Assembly: GCA_026770705.1 (NCBI GenBank)
Contig: JANJGN010000026.1
Span: forward strand, 33,170,001-33,234,000
Source: Isurus oxyrinchus
Lineage: Eukaryota
DNA: 64,000 bases
Reading direction: 5' to 3'
Shown: piece by piece, positions 1-14,510 of the stretch
How positions within the stretch are numbered: position 1 is the first letter of the stretch
Layout: every line of letters begins with the position of its first letter
The notes under the pieces: generated by a model
Databases searched by the model: none
What the model saw: only the letters and a program-made list of their open reading frames with translations
Told to the model about the DNA's origin: nothing
Program-made: the position numbers and the translations under genes

Positions 1-480
1 GGGCACAGATTTATGGAAAATGTTCCAGGGATAAGGAGCTCCAGTTATGTATAAAGAGTGGAGAAGTTGGCTTTAATCTCCTTGGTGAAGAGAAAGTGTA
101 GAGGAGATTTGCTATGGGGTACTAAAAACCATGAGTGGTCTGGACAGGCTAGATAGGAGGGATTGTTCCCATTGGTGAAAGGATCAAAAACCAGTGGGCA
201 CAGGTTTACAGTAACCTGGAGAAGAAGCAGTGGAGAAGCAAGGGAAAAAACCGTCTTCACACAGTGAGTGGTAAGGATCTGGAATGCATTGCTTGACAGT
301 GTGGTGTAGTGAGGGACATTTGATGTTTTCAAATGGAAATTGTATCATTACCTGAAAAGGGGGAAAAAACGCTGGAGTACGGGAAAATCAGTGCCACTAG
401 GACAATTGCTGCTTCAGAGTTCAGCACGGACAGGACCAGCAGAAAGGTATCCTTCTGTGCTGTAAGAATTCAACGATTCT
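1..480 (+). mobile_element. CR1-clade LINE 3' fragment (decayed)
   Basis: Degenerate CR1 ORF2 C-terminal sequence (gagaagttggctttaatctccttgg...cacagtgagtggtaaggatctggaatgcattgc) homologous to the other CR1 copies in the window; boundaries approximate. Confidence 0.7.
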
Positions 481-756
481 ATCATTAATATCAGAAGCAG
501 CAATTGAAATCCACATTTTCACAGCATCAACAGTAGCAGAGTCTGTCCAGTGGATGGCAGTGAAACAGTGAAGACTGACACGATATGAGCCACGCACACT
601 GTCTCAGTCATTTCTGTTAAACCTGACCCTCTGTCTGTATATATTACACAAAGTCATGTCTCTGATCATTTTACAACAGGTTGTGTCTCAGTTGTTTCTG
701 TAATAGGCCCAATCTCAGTTGTTAATGTACTGGACAAAGGCCATATTACACTAGAC

Positions 757-1410
757 ATTAGAGTCATAGAGGTCTACAGTACAGAAAAAGGCCCTTCGGC
801 CCAAGAAGTCTGCACCGGTCAGACAAGTACCTAACTATTCTAATCCCATATTCCAGCACTAGGCCCAGAGACATGTATGCCACGGCATCGCAAGCGCACA
901 TCCAAATGCTTCTTAAATGTTATGAGGGTTTCTGCCTCTACCACCCTTTCAGGCAGTGAGTTCCAGATTCCCACCACCCTCTGGGCAAAAGAAATATTCC
1001 TCGCATCTCCTCTAAGCCTCCTGCCCCTTAACTTAAATCTATGCCCCCAGGTTATTGATTCCTCCACCAAAGGGAAAAGTTCCTTCCTGCTGACCCTATC
1101 TATGCCCCTCATAATTTTATACACCGCAGTCTTGTCCCCCCTCAATCTCCTCTGCCTCAGGGAAAATAACCCCAGTTTATCCAGCCCTTCCTCACAACTA
1201 AAACTCTCCAGCCCAGGCAACACCCTGGTAAATCTCCTCTGCACTGTCTCTTGTGCAATCACACCCTTCCTATCATTCGGATTCCAGAACTGCACGCAAT
1301 ATTCTAACTGTGAACTAACTAGCGTTTCATACAGTTCCAGCATAAGCTCCCTGCTCTCACATTCTATGCCTTGGCTAATAAAGGCAAGTGTCCCATGTGC
1401 CTTTTTATAA
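757..1410 (-). mobile_element. CR1-clade LINE 3' fragment (ORF2 C-terminus and 3' UTR)
   Basis: ORF 840..1439(-) reads LELYETLVSSQLEYCVQFWNP...QRRFTRVLPGL...FSLRQRRLRGD...QRVVGIWNSLP, the typical CR1 post-RT region. A closely related copy lies at 59845-60225. Confidence 0.9.
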
Positions 1411-1419
1411 ATATACATT

Positions 1420-2890
1420 CTCTCAGTTATTATGTTCATTAAAGCATGCCTTGGCTACTATAGTAATAGTCCATGTCTCAGTTGTTACTGCACTAGTATT
1501 TGTCTCTGCTTAATAGAAACCAGAACATTTTCTTGTTTGCACGGCATGAGGCTCTTTCTCAGTTATTACACTACTAAACCCTGCCACGTTTATACTAAGC
1601 TAGGGGATGTCTCGGCCAATGCTGCACCAGTCCATGTCTCTGTTTAGATCATACGATGCCCTGTCACTGTTATTATTGCACAATACTGTGTGTCTCTCTA
1701 TTATTGCTGCACTTGCCCATATCTCTGTTTATATTAATCCAGGCCCTGTGTTTGTAATTACTGTGACAGGCTCTTTCTCCGTTTATATTGGACAAGGTCC
1801 TGTATCAGATAAAACTGCAGTAGACCCCGTGACAGTTTCCTTTCACTAGATCCTGCCTCAGTTATTACTGAACTAGATCAAGTCACAGTTCATACTACAC
1901 AAAGTCCTATTTCAATTATTAGTGCACTCGGCACTGCCCCAATTTCTATTCCATTAGATTATGTCCCTGTTTATATGGCACTAAATCGCATCTTTGCTGA
2001 TATTCTGTTCGACCCTATCTCAATTTATATTATACTGGACGCTGTCTCAGTTTTATATTGCGTTAGATCTGGTCTCAGTTTATATTACACTGCAGCCCGT
2101 CTCTGTTAATATTACACTAGACCCTGTCTCAGTTTATATTACATTAGACCTTGTCTCAGTGTATATTACACTATACCCTGTCTCAGTTTATGTTACACTA
2201 GACATTATCTCTGCTGATGTTAAAATAGACACTGTCTTTGTTATTTCTGTGTAGACCATGTCTCTGCTTATATTACACAAGACAAAGTCTGTTATTACTG
2301 CACTAAAGGCTGGCTCAGTAACTGCTGATACTAGGCCCAGTCTTGGTTTATATTACTGTAGGTGCTGCATCAATAATTGGTGCACACGGCCCTGTCTCAG
2401 TATTACTGCATCAGACTCTGACTTTGTTTCTATTGAAATAGATTCTGTCTGTGATAATATTACACCAGTTCCTGCCTCAGTTATTTCAGTGCTCGGTATT
2501 GTCTCAGCTGTTTTCGAATTCGGCCGTGGCTCTGGTTGTATTACATACAGTAAAGTCTCAGTTATTACTGCTCTGAACCCAGTGTCCACATATGCAACGT
2601 TAAATCCTGTATTAGTTGTTGTTGCACCAGTCCATACATCTTATATTACACTCGCCTTGTCTCTGTTTTTACTTCAACTAGATCATGTCTTTTGTTTATC
2701 TTACATTGGAGGCAACCTCAGTTATAATTGCACCAGACCCTGTCTAGGGTATTATCAATCCATGTGCCAGATCAATCATTACTGTTCTAGCCCCGAGAGA
2801 GGATTGATATTAATTGATATTAACCCAGGTCCTTATTCAATGATCACTGCACTAACCCTGCCTCAGTTATTACCACACTAGGCAATGCCT
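1420..2890. repeat. Degenerate 27-bp satellite, inverted relative to the main array
   Basis: Units such as tagaccctgtctcagtttatattacac, the reverse complement of the 14.5-22.4 kb array subunit. A short patch also lies at about 595-755. Confidence 0.85.
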
Positions 2891-4254
2891 CTATTATTGC
2901 TGCAAGGGTCTATGTCTCTGTGAGTTGGAGACATAATGTTACACACAAAGATGTTGAGGTGGGAATTTTTCTCTGGCATTGTCCAAAAACGGGAGGTATT
3001 TGATGGCCCGTTCCTTGCAACACCTGACAGTTAGTTTCATTTAGTTTCTGTCAAATAAATTATATATCCGATATTGTCAGTTATGTGTGTTGTGTGCAAA
3101 AAAAACATGCCTCTTGCCTATGCCGCCATTTCTCAAAGATGAATAATGATCTTCACCAGAATGTTTCAGTATTTATTTTGATTTTACTCAAACTGTAACT
3201 GCGGATGATTTAATACTGCAAATATTTATTGATAACATCTTTCGTTGTGTACTTGTGTTTAGAACGTGATGTCATATTCACCATTTCGTTATCAAGACAA
3301 ACATGTCTATCAGCAAAATCATTGAATGTCTCTTATCTCTTTGTCTGAGGCAGAGCCTAACTCACTGAACGTCTTCCCTTTATCTCTCTCTCTCTCCACC
3401 CACCATCTTAACTCCGTCCCTCACACCCTCTCTCTTTCTCTCTCTCTCTCTCTCTGTCTCTGAGAGTTCCTTATTTATTATGAATCTCCTATTATATAAT
3501 AACACTATTTGGAGAAAATATATTTTTAGTAATTCCCCTTCATTTCTCCCAATGATAACCTTCAACCCATTCACGCCTTCAGTGATTACGTTCAAATCCA
3601 AAACTATGCATTTACTTTAATTGTAAATTGTTTAACAACGTAACTATTTATTGATAACCAATTTTTTGTATGTATTTGTTTATAAAATGATGTCAGACTG
3701 ACTATTTCGTTCCTAAGGTGGCTTATCTAAGGTGATGATCAGCTGGAAAGCGAATGATCTCACATTGAGAATAACCTGCAGTTTATTAACAAATGAGCAT
3801 CTCAACATCTCACAGAAGCTCATGATAATCTAGAATGTGTGATGATTTGTGCAAGTGATGGCAAAAAATAAAACTTGACCAATACCTGCACATGTAATTC
3901 TCCGATGTGTTACCCCTGTTGATGGGAAGGATTGAAACTCCTGCTGCTCTCCAGAGAACTTTCACTATTTCTGTTTCCCCTTTTTTAACTTTTACCTTCA
4001 CAAACTCCACCACAGCCATTCGAATTAATTTTGGACTGACTGGTTTATCTGTAGGTTGTATATTCAATGTAATCTTATCGAAAATAAACCAGGATCTAGT
4101 GGACCATAAGCAGACACCGGACCTGGTAATAGAAGCAGATATATTGGTTGATGCAGTAATAACAGAGAGAAGATCTGGTGTTATATGGTGGGGTATGGGC
4201 AGGTGCCATAACAACAGTTACATGGTCTGGTGTAATAAAATCAGAGAAAGAAGC

Positions 4255-5935
4255 ATAGAAACAGAGAAACATAGAAACTAGGAGCAGGAGTAGGCCATTC
4301 GACCCTTCAAGCCTGCTCCGCCATTCATTATGATCATGGCTCATCATTCAACTCAATAGCCTGCTCCCACTTTCTCCCCATACCCTTTCATCCCTTTCGC
4401 CCAAGAGCTTTATCTAACTCCATCTTGAAAACATGCAATGCTTTGGTCTCAACTACTTTCTGTGATAACGAATTCCACTGGCTCACCACTCTCTGGGTGA
4501 AGAAATTTCTCCTCATCTGAGTCCTAAATGGTCTACCCCATATCCCCGGACTGTGACACCTGGTTCTGGACTCCCCCACCATCAGGGTCTTCCTTCCTGC
4601 ATCTACCCTGTCTAGTCCTGTTAGAATTTTATAGGTTTCTAACAGATCCCCCCCTCATTCTTCTGAACTCCAGCGAATATAATCCTAATCGACTCAACCT
4701 CTCCTCATATGTCAGTCCTGCCATCCCAGGAATTAGTCGGGTAAACATTCGCTGCACTCCCTCGATAGCAAGAATATCTTTCCTCAGATAAGGAGACCAA
4801 AAACTGCACACAATATTCCAGGTGTGGTCTCACCAAGGCCCTGTACAATTGCAGCACGACATCCACATTCCTTTACACGAATCCTCTGGCTATGAAGGTA
4901 AACATACCATTTGCCTTCTTAACCACCTGCTGCATCTGCATGCTTACCTTCAGCGACTGGTGTACAAGGACACCCAGGTCTCGTTGCACATTCCCCTCTC
5001 TCAATTTATAGCCATTCAGATAATAATCTGCCTTCTTGTTTTTGCTACCAAAATGGATAACCTCACATTTATCGACATTATACTACATCTGCCATGCATT
5101 TGCCCACTCACTCAGCTTGTCCAAATCACACTGAAGCATCTCTGCATCCTCCTCACAGCTGACCCTCCCAAACAGCTTTGTGTCATCTGCAAAGTTGGAG
5201 ATGTTACATTTAATTCCCTCACCTAAATCATTAGTATATATTGTGAATAACTGGGGTCCTAGCACCGATCACTGCAGTACCCCAGTAGTCACTGCTCGCC
5301 ATTCGGGATAAGACCCGTTTATTCCTACAATTTGTTTCCTGTCTGCCAACCAGTTTTCTATCCATCTCAATACACTACCCCCAATCCAATGCGCTTTCAT
5401 TTTACATGCTTACTCTGATGTGGGACTTCGTCGAAAGCCTGCTAAAAGTCCAAATAAACCACATCCACTGGCTCTGCCTCATCAACTCTACTAGTTACAT
5501 CCTCGAAAAATTCCAGTAGATTCGTCAAGCATTGTTTCCCTTTCATAAATCCATGCTGACTCTGTCCGATTCGTCCACTGTTTTCCACGTGCTCAGCTAC
5601 TAAATCTTTTATAATGGACTCTAGAATTTTCCCCACTACCGACGTCAGGCTAACTGGTCCATAATTCGCTGTTTTCTCCCTGCCTCCTTTTTTTAAATAG
5701 TGGGGTTACATTAGCTAAGCTCCAATCTGTAGGAACTGTTCCAGAGTCGATAGAATATTGGAAGCTGAACACCAATACATCCATTATTTCTGGGGCCACT
5801 TCCTTAAGTACTCTGGGATATAGATTATCAGGCGCCGGGGATTTATCGGCCTTCAATTTCTCCAACATCATTTCCCTACCAATATTGATTTCTTTCAGTT
5901 CCTCCCGCTCACTAAACCCCGTGTTCCCCAATATT
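4255..5935 (-). mobile_element. CR1-clade LINE, internally deleted RT region
   Basis: Broken ORFs give SQHGFMKGKQCLTNLLEFFE...VDVVYLDF, LGPQLFTIYTNDL...FADDTKL and WSPYLRKDILAIEGVQRMFTRLIPG; frameshifts and stops present. Confidence 0.92.
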
Positions 5936-8900
5936 TCTGCATGATATGGGCTAGTGTAGTGATAACAGGCACAATACCTAGTCCAATACAAACAGGGATA
6001 TGCGCTACTGCAGTGATAACACAAATTGACCCAAGGAGTAATATAAGCAGAGAAATGCGTTATTTCTGGAATATAAGAGAGGGAGGTCTCGCTATAACAT
6101 TGAATGAACTGGCATTTGTGTGATCATAATAACAAAACTGCTTTGTATAAAATAACAACTGAAAAAGGTCAAAGTGAAACACTAACAGAAACAGGGTCAC
6201 CGTTAACAATATCAGAAACAGATTCCTATTGAAAACTGATAGGCACAAGGCTTTCAGAAATAATGAGAGAGGTTTGCATTAGAATTTGAATGACAAACAA
6301 GCTCTGAGCGCAACTGTTACAGAGGCAGCATTTTATACAACGAGTTTGGAGACACAGGTCAGGTTAAAAACCGGAAAGTTGTGTGTAAAAAAATACAATG
6401 TTTGATGAAAGCGAGGGTCAGCATGTTGCAGCGCATCACTGAATACTCACTGGATCCAGTGTGATGACGGCACAGTCAGGATCTAGTCCACCCAAATCGA
6501 AGTTGGGTCTGATATAATAGTGTGTGTGAGACAGCGCCAATTGATACAATAGCAAATGCTTTACCTAATGTCTAATAATAGTCAAGCACCACTGCAATAT
6601 GAATGGGATGGAGTTGGTGTAATAACACTGACACGGTATAGTGTTATAGCAAATAAAACATAACATTCTGGAATTACTCTGCAGGTCGGCAGAATCTGTG
6701 GTGATAAACAGAGTGAACGTTTCATGGCGATGACCCTTCAGCGGAACCGGGGCCATCGATTTAACTCTGCTTCTCTCCACAGCCACTGCACTCCCGAGTG
6801 CTACAGTTGGTCGCACTTCTGCTTTTGAGCTGCAAGACTTGGTTTTAAATTCCACCCCAGGCTCCGTTGACCACGGGAAGAGTGCTCGTCTGACAGGGCG
6901 CCGGTTTTTAATCAACCTCCAAAATCCTCCCGCCTCTCCACACTTTTCCCAAGGCTGCAAAGTATATGACGATCCGGAAAACAGACTCGACACCTGCTGT
7001 CTGACCTGTGGTGGATTTCCAGCACATTCGGTTTCTGGTTTCGATTTCTAGCATCTGTAATATGTTGCCGTTGTAGTAATGTAATGGGAACTGGGAATAT
7101 ATCAAGTCAACATTGACGAATTAACGGCACTCTCATCCCTCAAGGTTTTGGGTTTAAGCCTCAGTCCGGACAGTTGACCACTTAATATCGGCCAAGGCTC
7201 ACGGTGATAGTTCATATGGACGTTTTTCTGTTCTTTTATCCATTAGTTTCTTAGACTCAGCAAGAGTGAGAGAGAAACTGCGCAGTTCCTCCATGCAGCG
7301 AAGGGCGGGTTCCTAGAACATTGTTGCTGATTTGACTTTCCCGCCTTCTCATACGAAACAAACAACTTCTCTATTCTTGGATTTGCGAAGGGAGTTCTGA
7401 CTGCGGGGCACGGGCCAGACTGGGGCTGATCTAATAATCACAGAGGCCGGTTCCAGTTTTTCAGTAACAGAGGCTGCTGGTAATCTTACATAAAGGGGGG
7501 CAGGGGGCGAATGAACGTCTGATTGTAATGTAATGGAGTGAACGTGTAAGGAAGTAATGATGTTTAAGGGCCTTAGCGCAGGCTGTGTTATGGTGAGTGA
7601 CACAGGGATTTGTGTGGTAAAAACGGAGTCTAAACATCATGACAGAGGCCCGTGTGACTGACTCCACCTGACTAAGAGCCGTTATACCCGAGGGGACGAC
7701 AATCATGGCGGGCTCCAGAGATTTCTGATACCTGCATCTCTCAGAGAAACAGAAAATAACCTGCTCCTTCTCATTCTTACCAACAGTTCTCCATTTACAC
7801 AGACACACAAGGGCCGGACCCGGCAGCTTGTAGAAACCAATGTTTAAATCCTCAGCTTGAGGCCGATGATGGCTGAAAATATTAAACACCAAAACTTCCC
7901 CAGACTCAATGCCACAACTGTTAAGGGTAATCGTGCTGTTTATTAAACAAGTTCCATCCAGTGTAATTTTGCTCAATATAATGATTTGTAAATAGTAATG
8001 AACTTCTGAGGGATGCCTCGTAATTATCGACACACACACTGTGGCGCTGTCAAAAGACAGGATTAGCACAAGACGAAAGCTGCATAATTATTGCATTTTA
8101 TTCGGTCTCATGCAAGGACAGAGGAAGATACAGAAAACGTGCTGGGACAATTATATCGACGAATGATCCAGTTGATCTCTTCAAGTATTTATCTGATTCA
8201 CTTTACAAACTTACTATTAAGCCGATTCCATCACGCTTTCAAGCTGTGCATTCCAGTTCATAACAACTCGCCGTGTAAAAAAATAAACAATTATCCTCCT
8301 GCCTTCCTGTTCAATAAAGTAAATCTGTCGCCTCCTGCCAGTTGAAATATTTTCTCTTTATTTACTCTATTAATGCATTTCAATACTTTTATTTAATAGA
8401 CTCACAGAGAGGTGGATAGAGATAGACAGAGATAAAACTGAGCGAAGAACACTTCAAATGGAAAAGGGAGACGGAGTGTTGCAGAGAAACAAGCTTCGAG
8501 AGAGAGTGCATGCCTAGGGAGTGTGTGTGTGAGTGGCGGGTAAGAGTGGGGGTGTGGGGGTGTGTGGAGGGGGGCTTTAGAGTGGGTAGCGGGTGATGGA
8601 GCATGATAACGAAAAATGAAAGGTAGCAAGCTCTCATTTCCCCGCTTCAGGGACCCGGGGAACCTCAGTGATTGATCCATTGACCACTTAGTTATCTCCT
8701 GGAAGCTCGAAACAGATCAGGAGAGGCTCATTTGTAAATGTCACCGCAATGTGATCTGTGTGACTCTACCTGACTCTGTGGCCAGATATAAGCCGCTTTG
8801 ACAGATGTTCTCACCAGATTGTGGCCCTGGATTTATTTTCTGCTCAGAAGTGAGATGTGCGGTTTGGAACCGGCAGCAGAGAAACAGGAAGTTGTGTTAC

Positions 8901-9679
8901 CTGAGAATGAAACAGCAGGCGTCAGTTTCATGTTATCACCGTGAACAGTCTTCCTGCCTGTGAGGTTAAACTCACTCTGACAGCATCAAGAACAACCACA
9001 CAGATTGCTGCCGGTCTCAGCATTGCATTCAGCTCCATTCCCAATTTAAAGAATTAAATAAATGAGATTGTTTTGGTTATAGCATATTAACTGAAGGGGA
9101 GATGAACTAAACGTAATCACTGGGAGAAAAGAGCAGAAATTCAAACAATAATTTCCCTCACAGAGGGTTATTCTAAAATAGAAAGTTTTAAGAGGGTTTG
9201 GTGTTTTCTGAGAGAAAGAGAGGAAAGAGGTGAAGTGGGTGAGCTGGTGTCTTTCTGGTGCTGAATTTTCCTTTGATGAGGTTTTGGCCCTTTTCGTTTC
9301 AGTGATAATGCGCCTCAAGCAAAAGATTTAAACGTTGGTTCCTCGTAGCTGCCAGATCTGGCCCTTGTGAGTCTGTGTAAGTGAGTTAAGTGAAGTCTGA
9401 GAGAGAGGAGAGGTTAACTGATTTAGCTGTAGTCTGAACAGAGGAAGAGAGGGAAGAAGTTCAGTGAGTCATTTGAAAAATGTATTTGCCGTGACAATGG
9501 AATTTCCAGCTTGACACTACTTTCTGGAGCACGCATGACAATGCATTGCTGATAAATATTAACGGTAGCATAGGATCTGTAAGTATATTCTCAATAAGCT
9601 ATCATAACGTGCTGAAAAATAATTGTAATGTATTTTGCAAACAATGGAAAATTATGTGTGCCGGATGTACCCGCCTCCA

Positions 9680-9890
9680 CAGCCATACATACAGCTGCAA
9701 ACACCCATATACACACCCACACACCAACAGACACACACACACACACACACACACACATTCACATACACAGGCACACACACCGACACACACCGACAGACAC
9801 ACACGCAGCTACACACACACACAGAGACCGACACACACACATACACACACACACGCCGACACACACACACACAGACCCTGACACACAGGA
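9680..9890. repeat. (CA)n-rich microsatellite
   Basis: Direct reading; accounts for the overlapping HT/CV low-complexity ORFs. Confidence 0.95.
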
Positions 9891-10504
9891 ACATGGGTCA
9901 TTAGAACGCTCTGGCCGCCCATTCGCCTGATGATACGGTTTCAGACTCTGCCTCTTACAATCGGTGGCCACGCCAAAAGCAAACAGAAAGTCCTATTGCA
10001 AAAGTGGGGAAAAAAACTTAAAATGAAAGATAACTGTAAGAATTACCACAGATCAACTCAAGCATCAATTAATCATCTGGAACACAATGCAGTGTGTGAC
10101 TAAGTTGTGCAATGTGCAGTCCAATGTTGTTCACCTTTATTTCTGTTCCTCAATCTCATTGATGAAGGGAATGTTACAAGATTCATCCCAACCTTTCAAT
10201 ACAAACATTACACACATTACACCAGAGCAATTAGAAATTGCACCCAACGCCTAATGGTTATTAACAAGTCTAAACGTATTCTTTCAACCACTTATCACCA
10301 ACAGGGTATTATAACATTCTTAAAGTTAATACCTACCTATCCATGTGGCACGCTCTCTCCATCTCTAGTCAGCAGAAACCTTTTATAATGCAGTAAGAAC
10401 TGAGACTTGGTCCAGTTTATCAATAAATGAGATAGGACCTCTACAATATAAGGTGAGACATAGGAGAGCACAGTAATGAATGAAGCTGTCTAATACAGTA
10501 ATAT

Positions 10505-11660
10505 CACAGAATCAACAAATCTTAATGGCACAGATGGGGGCCATTCGGCTCATCATGCATGCACCGGCTCTCCAAATGAGCTTTATGACCTAGCGCCATA
10601 GCCCTGTCATTTCCCCATATCCTTGCACGTTGGTTGTATTCAAATACTCATTTAATTCCGTCTTGAATGCTTCAGTTGAACGTCCCTCCACCGCACTTCC
10701 AAGCAGTGCATTCCAGACTCGAACCACTCGTTGTGTGAAAAAGCTTTTTCTCACGTCACATTTGTTTCTTTAGCAAATCACTTCAAATCTGTGCCCTCTT
10801 GCTTTTGATCCTTTTACGAATGAGAACAGTTTCTCCTTATCTGCTTTGTCCAGCCCGCTCATGATTTTGAAAACTTCAGCAAGTATCCTCTCAGCCTTCT
10901 CCTCTCCATGGAAATAGTCACAACTTTTCCAATCTATCCTCATAGCTGAGGTTCCTCATCCCTGAGAGCATTCTTGTAAACCTCTTCTGCACTCTCTCCA
11001 ATATCTTCAAACCCTTCCTATAATATGGTACCCAGGGCGGTACACAATATTCCAGTTGAGATCGAAGGAGGGTCCTATATAAATTCAGCATAACCTCCCT
11101 GCTCTTGCACTCTATGCCCTTATTAACAGAGCCCAGGATACTATATGCATTATTAACTGCCATCTCCAACTGTCCGACCACCTTCATTGGTCTATGAACA
11201 AATACATCCAAGTATTTCTGCTCCTGCACACCTTCAAAATTCCAGCCCTTATTTTATATTGTCTGTCCATGTTCTCCCTTCCAAAATGCATCACCTCACA
11301 TTTCTCTGCGTTGAACTTCATCTGCCATCTAACTGCCCACTCCACTAACTTGTCTGTGTCCTCTTAAAGTTCCACACCGTTCTCATCGCAGTTCACAACA
11401 CTCCCAAGCTTCGCATCAATCGCAAACTTCGAAATTGTCCCCTGCACACCAAGATCTACATCGTTAATATATATCAGGAAAAGCAAAGGCCCCCAATGCC
11501 GACCCCTGGGGAACTCCACTACAAATCTTTCTCCAGCCCAAAAAGCATCGATTGACCATTACTCCCTGCTTCCTATTTTTCAGCAAATTTTGTATCCATA
11601 CTGCTACTGTCCCTTTTATTCCATGAGCAATAACTTTTTTCACAAGTTGGTTGTGAGATA
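10505..11660 (-). mobile_element. CR1-clade LINE 3' fragment
   Basis: ORF 10918..11229(-) VMLNLYRTLLRSQLEYCVPPWVPYYRK...LERVQKRFTRML; GVPQGS motif (reverse complement of gacccctggggaactccac) near 11500. Confidence 0.9.
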
Positions 11661-11889
11661 AATCCTAATATAATACCAAAAGAGATTTTGTGCAATGCAA
11701 CAGCAGCTCAGGAATTGTCACTTGCAGTATATCTGGAGGCACGGCTATGTGCATTAATAAACAAAGCAGTATATAATGTAACGTAAACAGAGACATAGTC
11801 CCGTGCAGTAATAACTGAGAAAGAGTCAATTGTAGTGTATATTGAGGCATGGTCCAGTGCATTAATAAATTAAACTGCAGATAGCGTTA

Positions 11890-12590
11890 TATACACCGAT
11901 GCATTGCTGAGAGGAAGATAAAAGGAGAAATGGTAAGCAATTAGGAAAGCTAATCGAATGTTCTCTTTTCTTGCGAGGGGAACAGTAGGGAAGTTCTGCT
12001 TCAGTTATACCAGGCACTAGTGAGATCACGTTTGGAGTACTGTGTGCATCATTGGTCACCTTATTTAAGGAAGGACATGAATGCGTGAGAAGCAGTTCAG
12101 AGAAGGATTACTAGACTAATACCTGGAATGTTTGGGTTGCTTAATGAGATTGGACAGGCTAGACTTGTATCTGCTGGGGTTTAGAAGAGTAAGAGGCGAC
12201 TTGACTGAAACATATACGATCCTGAGGGGCCTTGACAGGGTGGATGTGGAGAGGATGCCTTCACTTGTGGGAGAATCTAGAACTAGGGGTTACTGTTTAA
12301 AATAAGGGGTCGCCCATGTAAAACGGAGATGAGGTGAATTTTTTCACTCTCAGGATCGTGAGTCTTTGGGACAATCTTCCTAAAAAGGCAGTGCAAGCAG
12401 AGCCTTTGAATATTTTTAAGGCAGAGGTGGATAGATTCTTGGTAAACAAGGGGGTGATAGGTTATTGGTGGTAGGTGGGGTCCAAGATTTCAGGTTACTA
12501 TCAGATCAACTATGATTTTATTAAAAGGCGGAACAGCTCCGGGGGGCTGAAAGGCCTACTCCTGCTCTTTGTTCGTATGCTCGTATGTCC
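11890..12590 (+). mobile_element. CR1-clade LINE 3' fragment
   Basis: tggagtactgtgtgcatcattggtcaccttatttaaggaagga...tttagaagagtaagaggcgacttg, then a 3' UTR ending ggcctactcctgctc. Confidence 0.85.
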
Positions 12591-13134
12591 GTCTGGTCTA
12601 GTACAGTTATAACTGAGACAAGGTCATCAGGCCAAGGGTAGTGATAACTGAAGCATGGTGCAGTGTAAAATAATGAAACACAAGGTGCAGCGAAATATAA
12701 GTTCAGACATGGTTGTACTACAGTACAAACTGAAAAAGGGTAATTGAAGTGTCCACAGAAGCATGGCATAATATAGTAACAAATGACACAAGATCTAATA
12801 ATATAAACTTCGGCAGGGTCAGATGCAGTGATAACTGGGAAAGGACCAGTTACAGCACAAGTAGAAATATGGACGACTGCAGTAATAGATAAGATAGGAC
12901 CCAGTGGACTATTGTTCAACAACAATAACTAAAGCAGAGTGTAGTATAGCATTTACAGCTGCAGGTGAGGTGCGAAATAAATTGAACCAGGGATGTATGG
13001 GGATTACTAAAACGGGGCCTTGATTGACATAAACTGAGACAAGACTTAGTGCAGTGATTACTGATACAGGGCCTGGATTATTATCAACCGAGACAGGGTC
13101 TAATGCAATGTTTACTGATACAGGGTCTAGATTA

Positions 13135-14510
13135 ATATAAAAACAGAAAATTCTGGAAAAACGCCATCCCATCCTCTCAGTTGCTTTGTCACCCTCACAT
13201 CTGGTCCAATGATGCCACTTTCCAAAACACTGCTTCTGACATGTCTTCCTTCTTCCTAAACTGAGGTTTCCCCTCCACCACCCCCCACACCCACCGCCCC
13301 CCACCCCCCCCCCCCCAACCTGTGGATGACAGGGCCGTTAATTGTGTGTGACCCATCTTCCGAGCCTCTGTTCACACTTTCCCCTCCCACCCAGAGCCAT
13401 GATAGGATCCTCCTTGTCCTCACATTTCACCCCACAGCGTCCACATTCAAATGGCCATCCTCCGCCATTTCTACTAACTCCAGCATGATGCCACCACCAA
13501 ACAAATCTTGTCCTCACCACCCCAACCCCTTCGACTACTATCAGTGTTCTGTAGTGGCCATTCCCTTCAGGACACCCTGGCCTACTCCTCCATCAACCCC
13601 AATACCTCATTCACTTCCCATGGCACCTTCCTATGCAATCACAGAAGATGCCACATCTGCCTCTTTACCTCCTCCTTCTTCACCATCCAAGGGCCCAAAC
13701 ATTCCTTTCAGGTGAAGCACCGCTTCATTGCACCTCCTTAAATGTGGCCCACTGCATTCGCTGCTCCCAATGCTGTCTCCTCTAGACTGGGGACACCAAT
13801 CACAGACTGGGTGAGTGCTTTGTGGAACACCTTTGGTTTGTCTGCAAGCATGATCAAGGCCTTCTTGTCGCTTGCTATTTCAACACACCACCCTGCTCTC
13901 ATGCCCACATGTCCATCATTGGCCTGCTGTAATGTTCCAGTGAAGTCTAACACAAACTGGAAGAACAGCACCTCATCTTCTGATAATGCACTTTAAAGCC
14001 TTATTCATTTATTAATTGTTTCAGCCCCATTTTACCCTCTTTTCTTGTTCCTTTTCATATAGTTTTTCCCCAACCACCGCCCCCTCCACCAACCACACCT
14101 CCCAAAAGGCCCATCTGTTACTTGTTCCATGTTGTTCTTTCACAGTGTGTTGACTCTGGTTCTGCTATTAACACATTCTGCTTTCTTACCTTTATGCCAC
14201 TATCAGCACCTTGTTTAGCCTTACCACTACCATTAACTCTCCCTTAGCCTTTTTGCCCATGATATGTTTGTCAGCATCACCTTACCCCCAACTATCGCCT
14301 GCCTTCTATCCAGCCTCACCTGATCCACCCCGCTTAAATAGTATTAATGTTGTCATATTTCCATTGTTCTTTAGCTCTGAGGAAGAGTCATAGGGTCTTT
14401 AAATGTTAACTCTGCTTCTCTCCCCACAGGTGCTGTCAGACGTGCTGAGTTTTGCCATCATTTTGTGTTTTCCTTTCAGACTTCCAGCATCTGCAGTATT
14501 TTGCTTTTAT
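13135..14510 (+). mobile_element. Penelope-like retroelement fragment (GIY-YIG endonuclease remnant and 3' terminal repeat)
   Basis: Decayed coding sequence (HGTFLCNHRRCHIC...IQGPKHSFQVKHRF, then CIRCSQC-like) homologous to the GIY-YIG ORF at 58054; ends with the ctgctgagttt...ttccagcatctgcagtattttgctttta terminus. Confidence 0.85.

Noticed and set aside
3886-4048. Possible minus-strand coding exon DKPVSPKLIRMAVVEFVKVKVKKGETEIVKVLWRAAGVSILPINRG
   Set aside because: Weak acceptor, no recognisable family, and no compatible neighbouring exons identified.
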